NCBI GenBank assembly: GCA_041306075.1
Contig: JBFYKH010000008.1
Location: 11,482-75,481, forward strand
Direction of reading: 5' to 3'
DNA length: 64,000 nt
Source of the DNA: Candidatus Altiarchaeota archaeon
GTDB taxonomy: Archaea; Altiarchaeota; Altiarchaeia; IMC4; SCGC-AAA252-I15
The position numbers and the translations under genes were made by a program. This document shows positions 37,498 through 45,176 of the stretch, in pieces (position 1 is the stretch's first letter; the number at the start of each line of letters is the position of its first letter). The notes below the pieces were generated by a model, which ran no database searches, was not told the DNA's origin, and worked only from the letters and a program-made list of their open reading frames with translations.

Positions 37498-37742
37498 CCC
37501 CTCTCGAAGACTATGCCCAGGAGCTCGCAGCCCCGGCCAGGCACGCGCTCGAGAGCCAGCTTGGCGGCCCTGTGCGGCGTGTCCTGGACGATGAGCTTCC
37601 AGGCGCTTGTGAGCTCCCTCGTGTCCGCGAACATCGCGGTGCCGAGCCTCACCCGCACCTCGGTGACCTTCCCGCCCGGGTGTTTGGCGGCTTCGGCGTT
37701 CACTTTGGCTAGGAGGCCGTCGGCGACCGATAGTCCGTGCAT
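37491..37742 (-). CDS. hypA: HypA-like hydrogenase nickel-incorporation protein, short (83 aa) with a degenerate zinc finger
   Basis: MHGLSVADGLLAKVNAEAAKHPGGKVTEVRVRLGTAMFADTRELTSAWKLIVQDTPHRAAKLALERVPGRGCELLGIVFERGC aligns with HypA (MHE..., AxKHGxKxVTxVxLxIG). Only 2 of the 4 zinc-site Cys are present. Only the C-terminal 83 codons of track ORF 37491..38219 look real. Confidence 0.55.
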   Translation of the reverse strand: MHGLSVADGLLAKVNAEAAKHPGGKVTEVRVRLGTAMFADTRELTSAWKLIVQDTPHRAAKLALERVPGRGCELLGIVFERGC

Positions 37743-37772
37743 AATAGGGAATATGGCGTATAGGATTAAAAT

Positions 37773-38228
37773 ATGGACTGGGGGGTTTTCGCAGGGAGGG
37801 TGAGCCTCCTGTGCGTGGGCAACGAGCTCTCCGGCGACGACGGCCTGGGCGCAGCCGTCGCCCGCGGGCTTGCCGGGCTGCCGGGGGCGCAGGTGATATA
37901 CGCCCACACCGCCCCGGAGAACTTCATCGACGAGGTCATTGCGTACCGTCCCGAGAGGGTCGTAATCGTCGACGCCGCCGACTTCGGGGGAAGACCCGGC
38001 GAGATAAGGCTGATAGACTCGAAGGCCGTGCAGGCCGCGCACTTCTCCACGCACCGGGCGCCGATGCGGCTTCTCTTGGGCCGGCTCGAGGCCGCCGGCA
38101 TAGGCGTGGCCCTCGTCGGCGTCCAGGCGGCGGGGATGGGCCTGGGGGAGCCCATGTGCAGCGAGGTCGAGTATGCGGCGAGGGCGATTATCGGGGGCGT
38201 GAAGTCTTACCGGATGCAAACAGGCTGA
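37773..38228 (+). CDS. Hydrogenase maturation endopeptidase (HycI/HybD family, peptidase A31)
   Basis: LLCVGNELSGDDGLG, APENFIDEVIAYRPERVVIVDAADFGGRPGEIRLID, and HFSTHRAPMRLLLGRLEA align closely with E. coli HycI. Confidence 0.8.
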   Translation: MDWGVFAGRVSLLCVGNELSGDDGLGAAVARGLAGLPGAQVIYAHTAPENFIDEVIAYRPERVVIVDAADFGGRPGEIRLIDSKAVQAAHFSTHRAPMRLLLGRLEAAGIGVALVGVQAAGMGLGEPMCSEVEYAARAIIGGVKSYRMQTG

Positions 38229-38258
38229 TTTAATAGGCCCCCCTCATATGTGTAAACA

Positions 38259-38600
38259 ATGGGTTCTGCCTCAGCCCGGCTTGTTCTCGCGCTGCTGTTA
38301 GGTTCGGCCATCCAGTACGCCTCCGCAGACGAGATGGTGGCCTCCGTCAGCATAGTCCCTGGGCCTGACTCCGCAGGCGGGGGGTTTTACGAGGGGCCGC
38401 GGATAGTCGGTGCCGCGGTAGCAATGGAGCCGCCTGAGCCTGCCCAGACAACCCTGCCGAGGGCGACGGTCAAGTACGCGGCCGATGGGGGAGACGGAGG
38501 ACAGGAGGCTGCGTCGTCCACGACGGTTGTGCCGGCGCCCCATGTGGCGGAGGGTGGTGTATGGGACCGCATCCTAGGCTTCATCGGGAAGCTGCTTTGA
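38259..38600 (+). CDS. Hypothetical small secreted protein
   Basis: N-terminal signal-like segment ARLVLALLLGSAIQYASA. Low-complexity remainder. Uncertain. Confidence 0.3.
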   Translation: MGSASARLVLALLLGSAIQYASADEMVASVSIVPGPDSAGGGFYEGPRIVGAAVAMEPPEPAQTTLPRATVKYAADGGDGGQEAASSTTVVPAPHVAEGGVWDRILGFIGKLL

Positions 38601-39681
38601 CGCCCTTCCTCTGAGTCATCCTGTAGCCCATGACGACGCTCCTGTAACCGGATAGTTCCTCGTCCAGGGCCGGGTCCCCGGTGTCTACGAGGAGGTGGGG
38701 CGTCAGGTTGAGCTTCTCGGGCGTGGCGACGTATAGGATGTTCCTTGCCCCCACCGCCCGTATAACCCGCGGGCTGATCTGCTGTGTGCCGCGGCCGAAC
38801 AGGAAGCCCTGGGCTCCTATGGGAGAAACGAGGATTTTCGCCTTCGGCTCCCGGGCGAGGATGCCCAGGAGGTCTTTTTCGGATGCGTCCTTCAGCAGGG
38901 TCTTCCCCTCCTTGATGACGTCGACTCCGAGCAGCGTCTTCTCGGCGCCCAGGAGGTCCGCTATCGCCTTGGTCGTCGAGCCCGCGCCGAGTATGTAGGC
39001 GGAGCCGTCGGACATGAACTCCGACGCGAACACGGCTATCGCGCACTTTGACTCGTCGTCGTTGGAGGATGAAGGGAGCTTGCTCTCCTGCAGGAGCCCC
39101 GGCAGGTACGGGGTCCGGAGGAGGCCGTAGAGCCTGGTCTTAAGCTGGTTTCCCCTGTATGCTTCCTCGTCCACGTCCATGACTTCGGCATCCCTCAAAT
39201 CCGCTTTTCCCCCCGCGTAGGCCGCCGTTATCTCTGCCGCGGCCTTCGGGCCTACCGCGAAGACTCCGGAGTGCATCTTCACGCCGGAGGGTATGCCGAC
39301 GACAGGGATTGTAGTGCCTAACGCCGCGTAGACGTCCCGCGCGGTGCCGTCGCCGCCGGAGAATAGCAAGAGCTCCGCCCCCGCCTCCCTGAACCTCAGG
39401 CAGGCGTCCCTCGTGTCCTGGCCAGACGTTTCCAGGCCGCAGTCGTACACGACGGCATGCGCCAGCCCTGACATGAGTTCGCCGCCCATCCGGCCGGACG
39501 CGGTGAGGAACTCGATTCCGGGGGGATTCTCCCCGAACGCCTCCAGGCACTCCCTCGCCCTCATGCCGGCCCGGGGTTCGGCGCCGCGCCTCAGCGCCTC
39601 CGCGAGGACGCCGTCGGTCCCCTTGAGGCCGACCATGCCGCCCATGCCGGCTATGGGGTTGACGACGAACCCTATTTTCAC
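38581..39681 (-). CDS. ATP-NAD kinase / diacylglycerol-kinase-like family protein (COG3199-like)
   Basis: N-terminus VKIGFVVNPIAGMGG and the GGDGT motif (LLLFSGGDGTARDV). GTG start at 39681 chosen from the N-terminal alignment. Track ORF over-extended. Confidence 0.6.
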   Translation of the reverse strand: MKIGFVVNPIAGMGGMVGLKGTDGVLAEALRRGAEPRAGMRARECLEAFGENPPGIEFLTASGRMGGELMSGLAHAVVYDCGLETSGQDTRDACLRFREAGAELLLFSGGDGTARDVYAALGTTIPVVGIPSGVKMHSGVFAVGPKAAAEITAAYAGGKADLRDAEVMDVDEEAYRGNQLKTRLYGLLRTPYLPGLLQESKLPSSSNDDESKCAIAVFASEFMSDGSAYILGAGSTTKAIADLLGAEKTLLGVDVIKEGKTLLKDASEKDLLGILAREPKAKILVSPIGAQGFLFGRGTQQISPRVIRAVGARNILYVATPEKLNLTPHLLVDTGDPALDEELSGYRSVVMGYRMTQRKGVKAASR

Positions 39682-39984
39682 GGCTAAGTTATGGTGGGGG
39701 GCGGTTATTAGCGAATAACCCCGCAGCAGAACTGCAGGACACAACGGAGACACCGGTCTCTGTGCGCACAAACAACACGGTTGTTTGTTGCATCCGCGGG
39801 GCCATCACTCGCCAGACAGGCGAATCCCCATCATCCCCGCTAGAGCGCAGCGGTGTATGCCTGCCTGAGCGAATCATGCGGCGCAGAAGACGGCCGGCGA
39901 TCCGACTTGCACGGGCCAGCAGCTTACGCCACCGCCGCCTGGATACGCAGCCCGATAGGCCCCCCCAATAACCCGGATGCCAGG

Positions 39985-40530
39985 TCAGCCGCCCCAGCGC
40001 CGGTACAGCTTATGGCCTATCCCGAGGGCATCGAGTATCTTTCCCGTGATGAAGTCCGTGACGTCGTCTATCGTCTTCGGGCCGCTGTAGTATGCGACGT
40101 TCGGCGGCAGTATTATCGCGCCCGCGAGCTTGAGCGCGCGCATGTTCTCTATCGCCGCGAGCGTGAGCGGCGTGTCCCTCGGGGCCACTATGAGGCGGCC
40201 GCCGAGCTTCAGGACGTTCTCCGCGGCGCGGGTTATGAGGTTGCCGGCGTAGCCGTTCGCCACCGCCGAGAGCGTCTTCATGCTGCATGGTACGACGACC
40301 ATCGCGTCCATGACGTTCGAGCTTGATGCCAGGGGCGAGTACATGTCGTGTTCCCCGTGGACCCTAGAGGCGAGCCTGCCGAGCGCCCCCAGGTCCACGC
40401 CCTCGTGGGAGGCCACCTCGGCCGCGCCGCCGCTCACGATAAGGTGGGTTTCATGGCCTTTGAGGTTTTGGAGCAGCCGTTCGGCGAGCACCGTCCCGGA
40501 GGCTCCGGTGACCGCGACTACGATTTTCAT
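39985..40530 (-). CDS. ubiX: Flavin prenyltransferase UbiX
   Basis: MKIVVAVTGASG...VVPCSMKTLSAVANGYAGNLITRAAENVLKLGGRLIVAPRDTPL. Confidence 0.9.
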   Translation of the reverse strand: MKIVVAVTGASGTVLAERLLQNLKGHETHLIVSGGAAEVASHEGVDLGALGRLASRVHGEHDMYSPLASSSNVMDAMVVVPCSMKTLSAVANGYAGNLITRAAENVLKLGGRLIVAPRDTPLTLAAIENMRALKLAGAIILPPNVAYYSGPKTIDDVTDFITGKILDALGIGHKLYRRWGG

Positions 40531-40568
40531 GGGGATACTATATATCCGGCCCCTATATTATACCTTCG

Positions 40569-41660
40569 ATGGAGTACAGGGTCGTCACGGAGGGTTCCAC
40601 GAGGCTTAACGCCCCAGCCGGGGGAGGCGTGTCCAAGAGGGAGGAGGTGTTCTACAACCCCCACATGGCGCTGAACCGGGACGTCACCGTGGCCCTGTGC
40701 AGGCTCCTTAGGCCGAGGAGCTTCCTCGACGCCATGGCAGGAAGCGGGGCCAGGGGCGTGAGGGTCGCGAACGAGGCCGGCACCGACGTCGTGCTCAACG
40801 ACCTCAACCCGAGGGCTGTCACGCTCATAGGCGAGAACGCCAAGCTCAACGGCGTAGCCGTCAGGGTGGAGACCAGGGATGCGAGGCATCTGATGTCCGG
40901 GGAACGGTTCGATTACGTCGACCTGGACCCCTTCGGCCCCCCCGTCGCATTCGTCGACGCCGCCCTGGCGTCCGTGAGGATAGGCGGCGTGCTCGGCGTC
41001 TGCGCCACGGACACTAGCGCCCTGTGCGGCACCTACCCGAGGGCGTGCCAGAGGAAATACGACGCCCTGCCCTTGAGGTGCGACTGCTATGACGAGCTCG
41101 GATTGAGGATACTATTGGGGTTCATAGGGAGGGCGGCCCTCCGGTTCGAGCGGGGGATAGACCCCCTGTTCTGCCACAGCACCAGGCATTACATGAGGGT
41201 GCAGGCGAGGGTGCACGGCAGGCACTCCAGGACACAGAGGGACATAGGCTACCTCCAGTACTGCCCGGACTGCATGTGGAGGGGCTACGCACAACTGGAC
41301 GGCCTGGCGGTCCTCTGCTGCTGCGGCCGCCGGCTTAGGACGGCAGGCCCCATGTGGATGGGCCGGTTCGCGGACCCGGAGTTGTGCGCCAGGCTCTCCT
41401 CGGCGCTTGTGGAGGGGGAATTCGGGAACAGGGCGAAGGCCGTGAAGCTCGCAGACACCGTGCGCGCTGAGCAGGATGTGACGGCCCCGTACTACGACCT
41501 GCACGCCATGTGCAAGAGGCTTAGGGTCCCGGCCAGGAGCATGGCGGACGCACAGGCCGCGGTAAAGTCGGGCGGAGGATTGTTCGCCAGGACGCACTTC
41601 AACGACACCGGATTCAGGACGGACCTGCCGGTTGGTTCATTCGCGCCGGCCCTGAAGTAG
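40569..41660 (+). CDS. trm1: tRNA (guanine26-N2)-dimethyltransferase
   Basis: FYNPHMALNRD, DAMAGSGARG, DLDPFGPP, C-terminal Cys cluster (YLQYCPDCMW...CCCGRR). Confidence 0.85.
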   Translation: MEYRVVTEGSTRLNAPAGGGVSKREEVFYNPHMALNRDVTVALCRLLRPRSFLDAMAGSGARGVRVANEAGTDVVLNDLNPRAVTLIGENAKLNGVAVRVETRDARHLMSGERFDYVDLDPFGPPVAFVDAALASVRIGGVLGVCATDTSALCGTYPRACQRKYDALPLRCDCYDELGLRILLGFIGRAALRFERGIDPLFCHSTRHYMRVQARVHGRHSRTQRDIGYLQYCPDCMWRGYAQLDGLAVLCCCGRRLRTAGPMWMGRFADPELCARLSSALVEGEFGNRAKAVKLADTVRAEQDVTAPYYDLHAMCKRLRVPARSMADAQAAVKSGGGLFARTHFNDTGFRTDLPVGSFAPALK

Positions 41661-42269
41661 CGATGGCAGTTCCGCGACCGAGCCGACTATGTCTTCGACG
41701 CCGTTGTCCCTGAAGTCTTCCGCGTATCCTCCCCCGGAGAGGACCGCCACGAAGCCGCATCCGGCGTCGAGCGCGCACCTGGCGTCTATGACGCTGTCGC
41801 CTATGTAGACGGCGTCCCCGGCGGTTATTCCAAGGCCTTCGCACACCTGGGTCATCGCCCTCGGGTCGGGCTTGTTGTGCCGGAGGTCGTCCCTGCCCCA
41901 GACGCGCTTGAAGATGCCGTCGCTTAAACCGGCCTTCTCGAGCGCAGGCTTGAGCGTCCGCACGCCCCTCGAGCTCATCAGGGCGAGCGTGTAGCCGCCC
42001 GAGAGGGACTCTAAAGCCTCCCGGACGCCGGGTATCGGGTCCATCCGCTCCGCCGACTGGTCGTAGTGTCTTGTGAACTCGCGAGGGTCAAGGCCCGGCC
42101 AGAACGCCCGGATGATGTCGTCCCATGAGCGGCCCACCTCCCGGGTGAACTGGCGGTGGGTTACCGGCGGCAGACACATGGCCGCCATGGCCCGCTGGTA
42201 TTCGGCCCATATGCTCGTTATGCTGTCCACCAATGTGCCGTCGAAGTCGAACACCAATGCTTCAGCCAT
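41637..42269 (-). CDS. HAD-superfamily hydrolase (phosphoglycolate phosphatase/PGM-like)
   Basis: Motif I LVFDFDGTLVDS, motif II LMSSR, motif III/IV KPDP...YIGDSVIDARCALDAG. Confidence 0.8.
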   Translation of the reverse strand: MAEALVFDFDGTLVDSITSIWAEYQRAMAAMCLPPVTHRQFTREVGRSWDDIIRAFWPGLDPREFTRHYDQSAERMDPIPGVREALESLSGGYTLALMSSRGVRTLKPALEKAGLSDGIFKRVWGRDDLRHNKPDPRAMTQVCEGLGITAGDAVYIGDSVIDARCALDAGCGFVAVLSGGGYAEDFRDNGVEDIVGSVAELPSLLQGRRE

Positions 42270-42278
42270 GTCTTAAAT

Positions 42279-42635
42279 ATGGCCCCACACATTAATATCA
42301 GTCAGATGGACTTGATGACTTCCGGCGCATACCAGCTCTACAGGCTTTTGCGTGGCTCGGGAGACGCCGAGTTCACTTTCCGGAGGGTGGAGCCCAAGTC
42401 CGAGGACCGCAACCCCGATGAGCCGAGGTTCAACTTGGCGCCTGGGGCCGGCTATTTCGTCTACCCGATACCGCACACGACTTTCAACGAGGTCCTGAAG
42501 GCGATACATGGCATCAACGACATCGTTGCGATAAACAAGGCTAACCTCATCCTGACGGTGGACCCTGCGGCGCTGAGCGAACAGCAGTTTCATCTCCTGT
42601 CCCGGGAGTTCATAGAATTCTCCCACGCCAAATGA
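42279..42635 (+). CDS. Hypothetical protein (possibly Roadblock/LC7-like), start uncertain
   Basis: ORF 4-nt overlapped (ATGA) with the downstream NurA-like gene. The start is placed after the divergent HAD gene; alternative ATGs at 42309 and 42318. Confidence 0.4.
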   Translation: MAPHINISQMDLMTSGAYQLYRLLRGSGDAEFTFRRVEPKSEDRNPDEPRFNLAPGAGYFVYPIPHTTFNEVLKAIHGINDIVAINKANLILTVDPAALSEQQFHLLSREFIEFSHAK

Positions 42636-43633
42636 AACCCCTGGAAACTGACTTCTCAGTCCCAGCCGACGAAGCCGAATCCCTGGCCCGCGGATTCAAG
42701 TGCAATGGCAGGGACGCATTACGGCAGGAGGAGGTGAGGGTTAGGCTCGCCTCGGCCGGCTACGTGCCGAGGAAGCTCGCACCCGCCGCCTCGAGGGCGT
42801 CCTTCCTTGCGGGGGACTGCTCCTCGGCCGTCAGGGAGCTCAGGTACAATGCCCTGTGGGCGGCCCATGCGGTCGCCGTATACGGCGTCTACGACGGGGG
42901 GGAGCACCGCGACATGCTCGCAGGATACGGCGGCATACGCTACGGCGGCCTCAGGTACTCGAACTACGCCGGGCTCGGGGAGATAATCCCGTACGGCGAC
43001 GTGGAAGCGCGCTCAGGCGCCGAGAGGGCCTGTTTCGAGTACGAGTCCATGTCCAGGGCCTACCGGGAGCTGGAGTCCGAGGGCTTGAAGCCGGACATCA
43101 TGCTCTTCGACGGGAGCCTTTACACGTCGAAGCGGAGCCTGGAGGCGGCCGGTGGGAAGAGCAGGGAGGCGGCCCGGGCCAGGAAGGCGCTGGAGGAGGC
43201 GGCCGGCCTCGCCAGGGCCGTGGGCATGGTGGAGGACAGCCACTCCACGGACTTGGCTGAAGACGCCGGCTACGAGTTCACGGACCTCCTCCTGATGGAC
43301 GTCGCCTTGAACCCCGGGGAGTACGTGGCGGACCCGAGGGACGGCGTTAGCATATGCTACATGAAGCTGCCGGGCAAGCCGCTGCCGCACGTGCCGTCCG
43401 CAAGAAGCCAGCCTTTGACAGTGCGGTGGGAGTTCGGGTACGCGGACTATGAGGGGGACCTCAACCGCCTCGCCGGGATATGGCTTTCCGAGGACGACAT
43501 CCTCCACCCCCAGCTTTATCCGCTGAGGATAGCCGACCACCTTACCCGGAGGGTGAGGGCGCAGGGGATGCTCGACGAGGTCGAGTCCCGGCTCCTCCTC
43601 GAGAGGAAGTACAGGGAGCTCAGGCAGGGGTGA
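42632..43633 (+). CDS. NurA-like (RNase H-fold) nuclease domain protein, tentative
   Basis: DGS motif (IMLFDGSLYTS) and a downstream E-D-S-H-S-T segment (VGMVEDSHSTDL) resembling NurA motifs. No HerA partner in the window. Confidence 0.4.
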   Translation: MKPLETDFSVPADEAESLARGFKCNGRDALRQEEVRVRLASAGYVPRKLAPAASRASFLAGDCSSAVRELRYNALWAAHAVAVYGVYDGGEHRDMLAGYGGIRYGGLRYSNYAGLGEIIPYGDVEARSGAERACFEYESMSRAYRELESEGLKPDIMLFDGSLYTSKRSLEAAGGKSREAARARKALEEAAGLARAVGMVEDSHSTDLAEDAGYEFTDLLLMDVALNPGEYVADPRDGVSICYMKLPGKPLPHVPSARSQPLTVRWEFGYADYEGDLNRLAGIWLSEDDILHPQLYPLRIADHLTRRVRAQGMLDEVESRLLLERKYRELRQG

Positions 43634-43666
43634 CGTTTATATTCACCCCCTGACAATTCTTATCCT

Positions 43667-45172
43667 ATGAAGGTCAGCGTCCACTCTTATGCGATAGAGA
43701 CCGGCAAGCCGATAGTCGTCCTCAACGGGGAGGACATGAAGGAGCTCGGCGTCCACATAGGCGACAGGGTCCGGATAAGCAAGGACGGGAAGGCCCAGGT
43801 GACCGCGATAATAGACGCCACCACGTCGCTCGTCGGCGCCGGGGAGATGGCGGTCTTCGAGGAGGTCAAGGAGGCCCTGGACCTCGACGACGGAGAGGAG
43901 GTCGAGCTCAAGACCGCGTCCAGGCCTAAGTCGATAGAGTTCATAAAGAAGAAGCTTCAGGGACAGCACCTCCACGGCCACGAGATGACGTCCATCGTCC
44001 AGGACATCGTGGAGAACAACCTCTCCGACATAGAGTTGACTGCCCTCATGGTGGCGGCCTACATCAGGGGCTACGACACCGACGAGACCGTCGCGCTCAC
44101 CCAGGCGATGGTGGAGACCGGCGAGCAGATAGACTTCGGCCCGGACACCGTGGACAAGCACTGCATCGGCGGCGTCGCCGGGAACAGGACGACTATGCTC
44201 GTAGTCCCAATTATGGCGGCCGCGGGCCTCACGATGCCGAAGACCAGCTCCAGGGCCATCACCTCCCCCGCGGGGACGGCGGACACCATGGAGGTCCTGG
44301 CTAACGTGGAGTTCACTATAACGGAACTCAAGGAGATAGTGAAGACGACGGGGGCCTGCATAGTATGGGGCGGCGCGGTGAACCTCGCCCCGGCCGACGA
44401 CAAGATAATCCGCGTCGAGTACCCGCTGTCCATAGACCCGGAGGGCCAGGTGCTGGCGAGCGTCATGGCCAAGAAGAAGAGCGTGGGCTCGGATTACCTG
44501 GTGATAGACATACCGTACGGGAAGGGTGCGAAGATAGACGACCTCAACAACGCATACGACCTTGCGAGGAAGTTCATACAGCTCGGGACCCGCCTTGAAA
44601 TCAAGACCAAATGCCTCGTCACGGACGGCAGCGCCCCCATAGGCCGCGGCATAGGCCCGGCCCTGGAGGCGAGGGACATACTCCTGTGCCTGGACGGGAA
44701 GGGGCCGATGGACCTGACGAACAAGAGCATAGACCTTGCCGCCGCGCTCCTTGAGCTGACCGGGAAGGTCCGGCTCGGGGAGGGCCGGGGCGTCGCAGAG
44801 AACCTGCTCTCAAGCGGGAAGGCGAAGCTGAAGATGATGGAGATAATCGACGAGCAGGGCGGCGACAGCAGGATGAAGCCGTCCGACGTGCCAGTGGGCG
44901 ACAAGACGTTCGACATCCTCTCGGACAGGACCGGCCGGGTCCACAGCGCGGACAGCAAGCTCATATCGAAGGTCGCCAGGACCGCCGGTGCGCCGAAGGA
45001 CAGGGGGGCGGGAATTTACCTCCACGCATGCGTCGGCGACAGCGTCAAGAAGGGGGACAGGCTGTACACCATACACGCGACGAGCGAGACCAAGCTCGAC
45101 GAGGCCATAAAGCTCGCCCAGCAGATAGCGCCGATGCGAATCGGCGGACTGATTCTGGAGGAGGTCGTGTAG
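43667..45172 (+). CDS. AMP phosphorylase (thymidine phosphorylase family, archaeal DeoA)
   Basis: N-terminal extension typical of AMP phosphorylases, then the glycosyltransferase family 3 core (DKHCIGGVAGNRTTMLVVPIMAAAGLTMPKTSSRAITSPAGTADTMEVLA). Confidence 0.85.
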   Translation: MKVSVHSYAIETGKPIVVLNGEDMKELGVHIGDRVRISKDGKAQVTAIIDATTSLVGAGEMAVFEEVKEALDLDDGEEVELKTASRPKSIEFIKKKLQGQHLHGHEMTSIVQDIVENNLSDIELTALMVAAYIRGYDTDETVALTQAMVETGEQIDFGPDTVDKHCIGGVAGNRTTMLVVPIMAAAGLTMPKTSSRAITSPAGTADTMEVLANVEFTITELKEIVKTTGACIVWGGAVNLAPADDKIIRVEYPLSIDPEGQVLASVMAKKKSVGSDYLVIDIPYGKGAKIDDLNNAYDLARKFIQLGTRLEIKTKCLVTDGSAPIGRGIGPALEARDILLCLDGKGPMDLTNKSIDLAAALLELTGKVRLGEGRGVAENLLSSGKAKLKMMEIIDEQGGDSRMKPSDVPVGDKTFDILSDRTGRVHSADSKLISKVARTAGAPKDRGAGIYLHACVGDSVKKGDRLYTIHATSETKLDEAIKLAQQIAPMRIGGLILEEVV

Positions 45173-45176
45173 CCGT

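Noticed and set aside
37743-38219. Upstream 159 codons of minus-strand ORF 37491..38219
   Set aside because: This part is antisense to the HycI-like protease gene and is Arg/Pro/His-rich junk translation. Only the last 83 codons (the HypA-like protein) are credible.
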